Assembly (NCBI RefSeq): GCF_006345805.1
Contig: NC_043017.1
Location: 11,036,001 to 11,100,000 of the forward strand
Length of the DNA: 64,000 nt
Reading direction: 5' to 3'
From: Octopus sinensis
Lineage: Eukaryota
The notes below the pieces were generated by a model that saw nothing but the letters and a program-made list of their open reading frames with translations, was not told the DNA's origin and made no database searches. Below are positions 25,344 to 38,494 of the stretch, one piece after another. Within the stretch, counting starts at the first letter, position 1. Each line of letters begins with the position of its first letter. A program made the translations under genes and the position numbers.

Positions 25344-25839
25344 AAAATGGTTTGCAGAATTTCTTCTGACAAAATGTTGCACGTTTCTTTTTAACTTGTC
25401 ATGTTCTGGAGTTCAAACTTTGTCGAGGTCAATTTTACCTTTCATCTTCTCAGGGTCAATAAAATAAAGGTACCAGTTGAGCACTGGGGGTTGTTGTAAT
25501 TGAGTACCGCCCCCCCCCCTCCAACTCTTGAAATTGCTGGCCTTGTGTGAAAATTAGGAAGAGTAATTATTATATTTCAAAGTTAACCTAATACGTTTCC
25601 TGAAAGTTTACTAGGTCAAGTCCTCTCCCCCCACTTCACTTTCAAACAATACTAATTCATGAGTAGGAGATAAAAATGTGTTATCAGTGTATGAGTGTGA
25701 GCGTGAGTGTAATTGCGTGGTTGTGCATATCTGAGTGTGGATTATTAATTCTCTCCCGGTTTATATAATATTATATGCAGTGAGAGAAAGAGATAAAAAA
25801 TATACAATCAAGAGGGAAACAATTGTCCTATTCCTTCTT

Positions 25840-25896
25840 ACACACGCACACACACACACACACACACTCTCTCCTTTCTCTCTTTCTGTCTATCTA

Positions 25897-25929
<33 letters not shown>

Positions 25930-26088
25930 ATCTATATATCTCTCTCTCTCTATCTATATATATCTCTCTCTCTCTAGCTATATATCTCTCTCTATCTATC
26001 TACCTATATATATATATATATATCTATATATATATATATATCTATCTATATCTCTCTCTCTATCTATATATCTCTCTCTTTCTGTCTA

Positions 26089-26122
<34 letters not shown>

Positions 26123-26298
26123 CGCACACACACATACATACATACACATGAGTGTTTGGACAAATGAATGAAAGTGGTACCCCCACCCGCCCACCCCGAC
26201 ACATTTAGTAGGGGTTAAATGCCTGAGGATCCAAGTTTGTTCTATAAGCCTACAAAACTTTAAGTTGCATTAGTTGAGTCAAGTTTATTAGTTATATA

Positions 26299-26384
<86 letters not shown>

Positions 26385-26390
26385 TACACA
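25840..26390. repeat. Compound (CA)/(TA)/(TC)/(TG) microsatellite region
   Basis: Direct inspection. Confidence 0.9.
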
Positions 26391-26762
26391 TATGATATTA
26401 TGTTATATATAAAATGAAGGATGTTACCTAGACAAGTCAACAGTGTCTGTTGATTAAGTAGTGCCAGTTTTTAAGGTTGAAAGGAGAATGTGTGGGGATA
26501 TATATCTAATTGGCTGTGTGTGTGTGGTGTGTGTGTGTGTGTGTGTATGTGTGTGCTTGTGAGAGTGCAGGTCTCTAATGTGTGTGTGTGGTGCTCAATT
26601 CGTGTGTATACGTGTGTGTGTGTGTGTGTGTGTGTGTTGCTAAATGTTTGTAAACTAATGTGGCGGCAGCAGCCATCAAGAAACACAACACAATTGTCCT
26701 CATCTTCTACTATTTCCTCTTGTCAGGCCTATTAATGCTTGATATATCCTGTTCTCTCTGTA

Positions 26763-26806
<44 letters not shown>

Positions 26807-26844
26807 CTGTACATGTAGCTATTCCCCCCCATGCACGCACAAAC

Positions 26845-26916
26845 CTGGCCCACTCCATCCTGTTCTATTCTTTATTGTCTTCATGGATGTTTTCTAACAA
26901 GTCAAAATATTCCATT
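26845..26916 (-). other. Candidate 72-nt non-coding or UTR exon
   Basis: CTAAT branch-like site, ctctctctaaacAG acceptor, CAG|GTTTGT donor; all three frames contain stops. Confidence 0.25.
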
Positions 26917-27504
26917 CTGTTTAGAGAGAGACAGCGGCCGGGGATAATTAGAGAAAGGGAAACAGACAGACAGACAGACATATAACGAAAGAGTGAGAGA
27001 GGAAGATACAAACGTTGACACACAGACAGACAAATAATTAAACAGCGAGACAAACAGACAGACAGACAGTGATAAAGTGAGAGTTTGCATATCAATTTAT
27101 GTTTGCTGTATTGTATTTCTTTTAACAGTTTAAAGCATCAGTTGTTGATGTTATTATTGTTGTTGTTGAACCCTAGGCCAGCCTGGAACAACCAGCTGTG
27201 TGATCAAAGTCAATTCAGATCCATCCATGCTCATCTTTTAAGGACTAGTGAACCTAAGGCTACATTGTCCAACATGTGCTCTCAGCTTTTTTGTTTTGCT
27301 TTTTTTTTTTTATCTAGTACATTGGACAAGTGCTTCTCAAGATGTCATGCTTATCCCATGAATGGACCGTGACATTATATCAGTAAATCATGGAACTACA
27401 AATAAGGACTTCATCATCATCATCATTTAACGTCAGCTTTCATCCTTTTGGGGTCAATAAATCAAGTACCAGTGAAACACTGGGGTCAATGCAATTGAGT
27501 AGTC

Positions 27505-27742
27505 TCATCATCGTTTAACGTCCGTTTTCCATGCTAGCATGGGTTCGACGGTTCGACCGGGGTCTGGGAAGCCAGGGGCTGCACCAGGCTCCAGTCTGAT
27601 ATGGCAGTGTTTCTACAGCTGGATGCCCTTCCTAACGCCAACCACTCCGCGAGTGTAGTGGGTGCTTTTTACGTGCCACCTGCACAGGTGCCAGGGGAGT
27701 CTGGCATCGGCCACGATCGGTTGGTGCTTTTAACGTGCCACT
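27505..27742 (-). mobile_element. Family B element inserted in a family C SINE
   Basis: Family match; host SINE pieces on both sides. Confidence 0.85.
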
Positions 27743-28027
27743 TTGTGCCTATAGTAGAAAGAATTGTTATTATTATTATTATTATTAAAAGGTGTAGAGC
27801 TGGCAGAATCATTAGCATGCCAGGTGAAATGCTTAACGACATTTTGTCCATCTTTATGCTCTGAGTTCAAATTCTGCCAGGGCACGCTTTGCCTTTCATC
27901 CTCTTTAGGTTGATAAATTAAGGGACAAGTTGAGCTATGGGGGTTGATGTAATTGACTTAACCCCTCCCCCGAAATTGCAGGCCTTCTGTCAAAATTTGA
28001 AACCATTATTATTATTTCAAATTTTGG

Positions 28028-28154
28028 CATAAGGTGCTAACGATTCTGCCAGTTTGCGGCTTTAATAATAACTAGCACTATGACCTGGCGTTGCTGGGTC
28101 ATAGTGCTAGTTATTATTAAAGCCGCAAACTGGCAGAATCGTTAGCACCTTATG
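28028..28154. repeat. Perfect 58-bp inverted repeat with 11-bp spacer at a Helitron 3' end
   Basis: 28028-28085 is the exact reverse complement of 28097-28154. Confidence 0.95.
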
Positions 28155-28509
28155 ACCTGGTGTTGCTGGGTCATAGTGCTAGTGCATGCATATACAGCTG
28201 CATGCATGCGCACATACACACGAGTACTGTCCAAATCTCCGACCAATCACATACAGCTAGCTGGCATTCAATTGGTGTATCAAATTTCAGGCATTTTGAT
28301 TGAGTTTTGGATAGAAAATTCAAAAAAAAGTGTCACTTCTATTGATTTTTTAATGGCTTTGCGGGGTGACTGGGGAAATGTAAAGATGTGCACGACCACC
28401 CTTGGACGGCTTTGAATGACCATAGAAAGTGCGAGCCCTCTAACTGAAAAATTGTGGATTTGTATAAAGGACACACACACAGACATTTTGCCGTTTATAT
28501 ATATAGAGA
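28072..28509 (-). mobile_element. Non-autonomous Helitron with palindromic 3' terminus and captured flank
   Basis: Reverse strand starts TCTCTATATATATAAACGG and ends CTAG|T; sibling copy at 30201-30545. Confidence 0.88.
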
Positions 28510-28600
28510 TAAGAACCATTACAAGTACTTTGGGATTACTAAAACATAAATCTAAAGAGACTTGGAAAAGGGGTAGCACAGCCAACAGGAAATCACAAGA

Positions 28601-28845
28601 ATTCTTCTTCTTCTTCTTCTTCTTCTTACAGCATTCACCCGGGGTGGATTGAGCTGTCTTCATTCATCCTCAATGCTGCATCTCTCACAAACACCGACCA
28701 GGCCTGGCGATTTGAGGCCAACGACTGCGTGATCTCCAACCACTCCTTATTCCAGTGGAGAACACCGTAGATATGGGGGCCTAGGTTGGGTTTCAGATCA
28801 GCCTTGATTGTCATCAGCCAGGTTTTTCGTTGTCCAAATCACAAG
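28601..28845 (-). mobile_element. RTE LINE 3' end with (GAA)n tail
   Basis: GQRKTWLMTIKADLKPNLGPHIYGVLHWNKEWLEITQSLASNRQAWSVFVRDAA...PG* followed by (GAA)n. Confidence 0.85.
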
Positions 28846-29059
28846 ACTAATAATAATGGTGCTGAAAATGGTCAAACAAACTGAATTTAATTTTGACAAC
28901 TAAAAAGCATGAAAATGTAAAATCCATTTTTGCATTTAATTTTTTTTTTGTTTGTTTTCAAAATATTGGACAAAAAGTTGATTGTGTTTGTTGGGTCTGA
29001 CTTGGTTAATAAACAGACAAATTGAAGAATATTGAAGTCATCAGCTGGAAGTGTGTTTG

Positions 29060-29240
29060 TGGGTGAGAGGTCGAGTGAGAGTGAAAGTTGAGTGAGAGGT
29101 CGAGTGAGAGGGCCGGTGAGAGGGCGAGTGAGAGGGCGAGTGAGAGGGCGAGTGAGAGGGCGAGTGAGAGGGCGAGTGAGAGGGCGAGTGAGAGGGCTAG
29201 TAAGAGGGTGAGTGAGAGGGCTAGTGAAAGGGCTAGTGAG
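29060..29240. repeat. 12-bp purine-rich minisatellite (GAGTGAGAGGGC)n
   Basis: Perfect central units decaying outward. Confidence 0.9.
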
Positions 29241-29833
29241 TGAGCCGGAGACAGAATGAATGAGTGAGAGACGAATGAATGAGTGAGAGGGAAACAAGAT
29301 GAGTGAGAGGGTGCATGTGTGCATGTGTATGCGTGAGAGGGTGTATGTGTATGCAAGTGAAAATGGGTATGTGCGAGTGAGAGGGTAAATGTGTGTGAGA
29401 GTGAGTGAGTAGATAGTGTGTAAGTGAGGGAATGTAAGAGTGTGTGTGTGTGTGTGTGCATGGAGACAGAGTGTTCCCCTGCAGCAACTCAAATGTAATA
29501 TAAAGTAGTGCTTGTTGATAGTCAGCTGTTATATTAATACTATAATTGGTGTCTGCAATGAGAGAGAGAACTAGTTTCTCTCCAGGGGATGCTTTGTTAT
29601 CTACAGAAGTAACTATTATATGTGACACACACACACACACACATTCTCTCTCTTCTTACACACACACACACATTATATATAAATCTATATACATATATAT
29701 ATATATGCATGTACATAAGTGTAAATATACATGCATGCACACGTATTTACAGACACTACATATACAAATATTAAAGGAAATAGATTTGTTTATTTAAATT
29801 GGTTTGATTTTTATATATCTATATGTATGTATG

Positions 29834-29868
<35 letters not shown>

Positions 29869-30200
29869 GTTTGAATATATGCACGGAAATAGATATGTCA
29901 ACAATTTTACATGTATTTATGCATACGTGTAAACACACGCACAAACTCCCGTACGTACACATGCACAAAGACATATCTCTCTCTCTTTCTCCTTTCTATA
30001 CATATACACACGTTTACATTTTGTTAAATTAAGTGAATAATTGCTAATACAAAGAATATTCATATGAAAGTATTAAAAAAGAATTTACAGTATAAACTGT
30101 TTCATCCAAGTAAATAATAAGCTTTGCTTTGTATCTGCTGTTGAGTTCCAGGCTGGCCAACAATAGATTGTAATTTTAAAATATTTTCTTCTATTCTTTA

Positions 30201-30545
30201 CTAGCACTATGACCCGGCGTTGTCGGGTCATAGTGCTAGTACGTGTGCACATACACGCGAGTACTGTCCAAATCTCCGACCAATCACATACAGCTAAGTG
30301 GCATTCAATTGGCATATCAAGTTTCGGGCATTTTGGTTGGGTTTTGGATAGAAAATTCACAAAAAAGTCACTTCTATTGATTTTTTTAATGGCTTTGCGG
30401 GGTGACTGGGGAAATGTAAAGATGTGCACGACCACCCTTGGACGGTTTTGAATGACCATAGAAAGTGCAAGCACTCTAACTGAAAAATTGTGGATTTGTA
30501 TAAAGGACACACACACAGACATTTTACCGTTTATATATAGAGAGA
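30201..30545 (-). mobile_element. Non-autonomous Helitron with palindromic 3' terminus
   Basis: CTAGCACTATGACCCG-GCGTTGT-CGGGTCATAGTGCTAG terminus; TC 5' end on reverse strand. Confidence 0.88.
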
Positions 30546-30619
30546 TATCTGAGAAGCTTGTCCAACCCAGGACGGCATGAAAACAATGAAGGTAAAAATG
30601 TTGATTATCTTCTCGATTT

Positions 30620-31420
30620 GAATCATTGGACTGCAGCCATGCTGGGGCACCATACTGAAGGGTTTTAGTCAAACAAACTGGCCTACTACACTTTTTGCTT
30701 TTTTTTTTTAAGTTCGGCATCTCTTCTGCTGGTCTCTTTTGCTAAAGCACTAAGTTACATGGACATAAACAAACCTACACTGACTGCAGAGCAGTGGTAG
30801 GGGACAATACACACATGTATATATACACAATAATCTTCCACTGAGTTTTTGTCTACCAAATTCAATCAAAAGGCATTGGTTGGTCCAAGGCTATAGCAGA
30901 AAACATTTACCCAAGGTACCATGCAGTGGAACTGAACCTGGAACTATGTGGTTGCAAAGGTAGCTCCTTTACCACACAACCATCCTGGCCTATATATACA
31001 TACATATGCACACACACAAACATGTGTGTGTGTGTGTGTGTATATATATATAGGCACAGGAGTGGCTGCGTGGTAAGAAACTTGCTTCCAAACTACAAGG
31101 TTCCAGGTTCAGTCTCACTGTGTGGCACCTTGAACAAGTGTCTTCTACAATAGGCTTGTGAGTGGATTTAGACGGAAACTGAAAGAAGCTTGCCGTGTGT
31201 ATATGCATGTATGTATATATGCATGTATGTATGTATGTATGTGTGTGTGTGTGTTCGTCTCCACACCACCATTACTTGACACCGTAACTTAGCAGTTTGG
31301 CAAAAGAAACCGCTAGAATAAGTAGTAGGTTTACAAAGAATAAGTCCTGAGGTTGATTTGCTCAACTGAAGGTCTTGCTCCAGCATGGCCACAGGAAAAT
31401 AACTGAAACAAGCAATAGAA
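30620..31420. mobile_element. Head-to-head pair of family A SINEs (about 30620-30990 minus; 31052-31420 plus)
   Basis: Two family matches in opposite orientation separated by a short TA/CA/TG tract. Confidence 0.8.
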
Positions 31421-31992
31421 TACTTATGTATATAGATAGATAGATGTATACATACACATACAGACAGACACACACACACACACACACACACAAATGCAAT
31501 TATACAATTACTCTCTTAACACACATTACACAAACTCTCACATGCATGTTTGTGTGTGTATGATAGAGAAAGAGAGTGAGTGAGAGAGTAAGAGAGAGAG
31601 TAAGAGAGTAAGTGAGAGGGAGAGAGAGTAAGAGAGATAGGTGGGTGGGTATCTATGAATGTAACAACTACATTCTTTGTCCATCATTTAAAATTCCTTT
31701 GCTTTAGTTAGGAAGATCCCATCTCATCAGAAGTTATCTTTCAAATGAAATATTTGGTTATGGCATTTTTGATAATCTTTAGTTCACTGTTACACTCTCT
31801 CACATGGTAGGCTTGGCTTGGCTGAGTGGTAGAGAAGTTCATTTCACAATCATGTGGTTTTAGGTTCTGTGGCCAAGTGTCTTGTACCACAACCTTAGCT
31901 GTAAGACTGGATTTGGTACTGGAAGCTGAAAGCTAGGTTTGTTCTACAAGCCTATGACACTTGTATGGAGCTGAGTCAAGCTTATCAAATAA

Positions 31993-32386
31993 CTTGCAGT
32001 ATCGCCCGGCGTTGCTTGGGTTTGTTTCGACCCTTTAGAACTGGAATTTTTGAAAAGTAAAAATTTTGCATTATATAGCTTGTTATTCTCTTGAAATGAA
32101 CATTTTTCCGGTTGAAATACACCAAAAAATGGTGACACAGCAGTCAAAAAATTGTAAAAAATATGGATTTTCATAGAAAAAAAAGCAACTTTTTGATGTA
32201 AATAATTTTTGGTCTTAACATGGTCCGATTTGAATTTTTTCTTCTGCAGAAGGAAGAGCAAGCCTTCTTCTATCATACTCTCAATTTTGGTCAGCTTGTG
32301 CCGCAGGGTCTCGGTGGAAATAGTGTTAGTTGAAGGCTACCAAACCTGCCATACACAGACAACTTCAGCTTTATATATATAAGAGA
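31993..32386 (-). mobile_element. Non-autonomous Helitron
   Basis: Reverse strand TCTCTTATATATATAAAG ... CCCAAGCAACGCCGGG ... CAAG (mutated CTAG); homologous to 1-192. Confidence 0.85.
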
Positions 32387-32687
32387 TATATATAGAGATA
32401 AATATAGCTTCTGCCAAATGTGTCGAGTGCCACTTTCTTTCATTTCTTTCATTTGTCCGCTTACTCATAGCTATCTATCTATCTACACACATATTTATAC
32501 ATACACAACAAAATCTCTATAAACTAGAGGTTCCCAAACAATGAATCCAAATGATGAACAAACACACAATATCAGTTTATGGTATAATAAAATATCAAAG
32601 AACAAAACCACCATAAACTAAAAATCCAAGAACACCAACACATATACATATATCCCCCCAACCCATGCCAGCATGGAACATGGATGC

Positions 32688-33660
32688 ATATATATATTAT
32701 ATATATATATATATACACACACACATACATATATAAACACAGACACACACACACACATATATATATATATAAACATACACACACACACACATATATATAA
32801 ACATACACACACACACACACATATATATATAAACATACACACACACACACACATATATATATAACATACACACACACACACACATATATATAAACATACA
32901 CACACACACACACATATAAACATACACACACACACACACATATAAACATACACACACACACACATATAAACATACACACACACACACACACACATATATA
33001 AACATACACACACACACACACATATATAAACATACACACACACACACATATATAAACATACACACACACACACACACATATATAAAAATACACACACACA
33101 CACATATATAAACATACACACACACACACACACATATATATAAACATACACACACACACATATATATAAACATACACACACACACATATATATAAACATA
33201 CACACACACACACACACATATAAACATACACACACACACACACATATAAACATACACACACACACACATAAACATACACACACACATATATATAAACATA
33301 CACACACACATATATAAACATACACACACACACACACATATATAAACATACACACACACACACACACATATAAACATACACACACACACATATATAAACA
33401 TACACACACACACACATATAAACATACACACACACACACATATAAACATACACACACACACACATATAAACATACACACACACACACACATATATAAACA
33501 TACACACACAATATAAACATACACACACACACACACACACACATATATAAACATACACACACACACACATATATAAACATACACACACACACATATATAA
33601 ACATACACACACACACATATATAAACATACACACACACACACACACATATATATAAACAT

Positions 33661-33691
<31 letters not shown>

Positions 33692-33754
33692 AACATACAC
33701 ACACACACACACACACATATATATAAACACACACACACACACACATATATATAA

Positions 33755-33795
<41 letters not shown>

Positions 33796-33796
33796 A

Positions 33797-33839
<43 letters not shown>

Positions 33840-33840
33840 A

Positions 33841-33881
<41 letters not shown>

Positions 33882-33884
33882 CAA

Positions 33885-33917
<33 letters not shown>

Positions 33918-33918
33918 A

Positions 33919-33988
<70 letters not shown>

Positions 33989-34174
33989 AACATACACACA
34001 CACACACACACACATATATATAAACATACACACACACACACACACATATATATAACATACACACACACACACACACATATATATAAACATACACACACAC
34101 CACACACATATATAAACATACACACACACACACACACATATATATAAATAAACATACACACACACCACACACAC

Positions 34175-34217
<43 letters not shown>

Positions 34218-34250
34218 CACACACACACACACATACACATATACACACAC
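32688..34250. repeat. 1.5-kb microsatellite-derived array of [TAAACATA (CA)n (TA)m] units
   Basis: Constant TAAACATAC anchor with variable CA and TA counts; source of the 500-aa spurious ORFs. Confidence 0.95.
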
Positions 34251-35828
34251 CTCTCCAAATCTAGCAAAAAGATCTTTTATCTTGTTTGAGTTATTGGCCT
34301 GTGGCCATGCTTGAGCACTGGCTCCGAGGCAAAGTCAACTTTGGTGGAAATTGAACTCAGAAGAACAAAGTTGGAAGAAATGCCACAGAGCATTTTGTCC
34401 GGTAAGTGATTCCGCCAGCTGGCCAGGATGCAAAACGGAAAGTATAACAATAAACCAACTAAATAAAAGAAGAAAAAAAAGAAAAGAAAAAAAGCAAGCA
34501 CACAAAGGAAGCCTAAATAATTATCGGAATACTTTGTCCTGATAATCTTATCAGAATTTACTAAAAGACCTTTTATTAGCGATTCCAATAAAAAGCCACA
34601 AAAATTATCTTTCTATCAGGAATGTTCCTCTATAGTTCCAAAATCAACATACAATTAATATATCCTGTATAAATGTATGTTTACTGCCACTGGTGGTAGC
34701 CCATCATGGTGATAAGGATGGTGGTGGTGGTGGTGGTGGCAGTGGTATTTGCAATGGTGGTGGCAATGTTGGAGGTGGCCCATCATACTCTAGGTGGTGG
34801 TGGTTATGGTGGGAAGGTGCTAATGAGTGCAGTACATTGGCTATTTCAGTCTTGTGGTTAACGTTTCTCTGAATTCTCTGCGTTTATGAGTTTCAGATGT
34901 GTTAACAGCTGCACTATAAATAATAATAATAATAATAAAACTTAAAGACCTTCTAGAAATAGCAGTGAAATCTCCCTCAAATCACAACTCACTGTTAAAG
35001 AATTTTAAAAAAACCCCACCAAACACACCCACTATAAATAGCAGCCAAATCTCCCTGAAACTATTCTTGGCTATAATGAAAAAAAGACCTCCACCTGCAA
35101 GAAATAACAGACAACTTCCCCTCATATCATTTCAGACTATATGAAGGAAAATATGATGAACCATACCATAAATAGCAGCCAAATCTTCCTCCAATGATAC
35201 CTGACTGTCAAAGTAAAGAAAACACAAAGTAGTTATACAAGAGGAACAGAACAAATGAATCACAGCTAGAACAGCTTTGATGATGCCTACTTGATCAGGC
35301 CTAACCTAGGGCTAAACAAACTATCACATGATCAACCAGACTTCTACATTGCTGTTCACAATGCATTTTGCATCATTTTAGCTTTCGAACGATGCCACTC
35401 CATTGGCCAAGCAAGCAGATCAACATTCCCCCTGGTCAGGAGGATAGCCCATTGCAGGGTCACTCAGTTACAGCTGAGTGGAGCAATGTGAAATGAAGTG
35501 TTTTGCTCAAGAAAACAACGAACTGCTTGGTCCAAGAAACGAAACCCCGATCGCTATATCAGGAGGGCAGCACCTTAACCACTAGGCCATGCACATTCTT
35601 CAATAAAATATATAACAATGATAAAAAAAAAAGAAAAACGAAGCTCAGATACGGCTGTGTAGTTAAGAAACTTGCTTCCCAATCATGTGGTTTCAGGTTC
35701 AGTCCCACTGCATGGCACCTAGGACAAGTGTCTTCTACTATAGCATCAAGATGACCAAAGCATTAGGAGTGGATTTGGTAAACAGAAACTGTGAGAAGCC
35801 CAACATATACATATGTGTGTGTGTGTAA

Positions 35829-35869
<41 letters not shown>

Positions 35870-36454
35870 ATAATATTATTAGAGACAAAACCACTATTTT
35901 GCAAAACAAACAAGGAAAGACTTAATCAATACATAAAATTTTAATAAATATATACATCAGACAGTCCGTTTTCTTTCGAAGGAAAGGTGAAGATGATTAC
36001 ATGAACCCCAGAACTTGTCTAGTATTATTTCACTGACCCCCCAAAATGATAAAAGACAAAGTTGACCTCAGCTGAATTTGAACCGAGAACAGAAAGATGG
36101 ATGAAAGGCCACAAAGCTTTTTAGGCGGTGGTGCTACCAACACTGCCAACTCGCAACTTTACACCAACTTAATAACGACAAAGAGATTTTTTTATCAGAT
36201 TTTTCCTCATTCTTAAAATTAATTGAAAAAAAACAATATATTTCAACTGAAATATGGGTAACAAAATAGTTAAATGGTATTTTTTTAATTACTTACTAAG
36301 TACCAGAATATGATGAAATATTTTGACATCAAAACTAAAAATAGATTTTTTATATTGGCTAACACCATAAAGATTAGATGATTAGCCATTAGTGTTATTC
36401 TACACACTATCATAGTTAGATTATACTTCAATCACCAGCTAGGTGCATTAATTT

Positions 36455-37113
36455 ACGTATACATACACACACACACACACATATATACCTATACATAAAT
36501 ACATAGACACACACACATATATATAACTATACATAATTACATACACACACACACATATATACATATACATAAATACATACACACACACACATATATACCT
36601 ATACATAAATACATACACAACACACACACATATATACCTACACATAAATACACACACACACATATATATACCAATACATAAATACACACATACACATATA
36701 CCTATACATAAATACACACACACACATATACCTATACATAAACACACACATATATACCTATACATAAATACATACACACACACACACACATATACCTATA
36801 CATAAATACATACACACACACATATATACCTATACATAAATACATACACACATAAATATATACCTATACATAAATACATACACACACACATATATACCTA
36901 TACATAAATACATACACACACACATATATACCTATACATAAATACATACACACACATATATACCTATACATAAATACATACACACACACATATATACCTA
37001 TACATAAATACATACACACACACATATATACCTATACATAAATACATACACACACACATACATACCTATACATAAATACATACACACACACACATACATA
37101 CCTATACATAAAT

Positions 37114-37144
<31 letters not shown>

Positions 37145-37280
37145 CCTATACATAAATACATACACACACTCACATATATACCTATACATAAATACATAAA
37201 CACATATATACCTATACATAAATACATACACACACATATATACTTATACATAAATACATACACACACACACATACATATA
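36455..37280. repeat. ~30-bp minisatellite [TACCTATACATAAATACATA (CA)n (TA)m]
   Basis: More than 20 units with constant core. Confidence 0.95.
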
Positions 37281-37494
37281 ATCAGTTAATGTCCATTATA
37301 TACACATATACATAAATATTCACATGTACACATTCACACATATCTTTCTCATGCCCATCCTATTCTAGTGGCATGTTGCTATTGAAAGAATCTTATATAT
37401 TCTGTATACTATTTGCCGTTTTAATGATGAAATATAATCTATTGGCTGAGATGTGCTACGGTATGCTAGTTTGAGTTGGATACACACACACATA

Positions 37495-37890
37495 CTCTTT
37501 ACTCTTTTACTTGTTTCAGTCATTTGACTGCGGCCATGCTGGAGCACCGCCTTTAGTCGAGCAAATCGACCCCGGGACTTATTCTTTGTAAGCCCTTTAC
37601 ATTATTCTATCGGTCTCTTTTGCCGCACTGCTAAGTGACGGGGACGTAAACACACCAGCATCGGTTGTCAAGCAATGCTAGGGGGACAAACACAGACACA
37701 CAAACACATACACACACACACACACATATATATATACGACAGGCTTCTTTCAGTTTCCGTCTACCAAATCCACTCACAAGGCATTGGTCGGCCCGAGGCT
37801 ATAGTAGAAGACACTTGCCCAAGATGCCACGCAGTGGGACTGAACCTGGAACCATGTGGTTGGTTAGCAAGCTACTTACCACACAGCCAC
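37495..37890 (-). mobile_element. Family A SINE
   Basis: Family match. Confidence 0.9.
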
Positions 37891-38494
37891 GAGGACAGCT
37901 ATATCAAATGCTGAAACGAATGGGACCTGCAAAAGAAGGAAACACAGGAGTACCATGCTTTGGATTGAACTCCAAATCACATGGTTCAGAAGCAGGCTTC
38001 TTAAGCACACAGCCATGTGTGTGTGTGTGTGGTGTGTGTGTGTGTGTGTGTGTGTGTGCATATGTGTGTAGTTTTGACTATGGAAACTATGTACTCAATA
38101 TCATAGAAGAGATAAATAATATCTTTTATTTTGGTTGCGTCAATTTCTTGCTACTCTGAGTTTAACCTGTGGGTGCTAAGGGTCTTCATGTGAAACCTAC
38201 CGGTAAAACTCAGTGTTGCAAGAGACTAACTTGTCCTACATATATATATATAAAAAATATGTTTTATTTATTATTTTGCACATTACTTAATCATCATTAT
38301 ATATTTTCATCTTTCTATTATATGTAATTTTCTAGATGGTGTAATTTAATTTTTCATTTTGAATTGATAAAAGGTGGTTTTTTTCTAATTTATATATATA
38401 TATATATATATAGGCGGTGCTCTTAAAGGCGGTGCTCCAGCATGGCCGCAGTCAAATGACTGAAACAAGTAAAAGAGAAAAGAGAGTATATATA

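Noticed and set aside
28887-29492. 201-aa ORF with LTRP repeats
   Set aside because: Produced by the 12-bp minisatellite; overlapping frames are also open
32572-34250. Three ORFs of 517-558 aa rich in C, V, Y, M and I
   Set aside because: Translations of a CA/TA-derived array that lacks stops on the minus strand; all three frames are open
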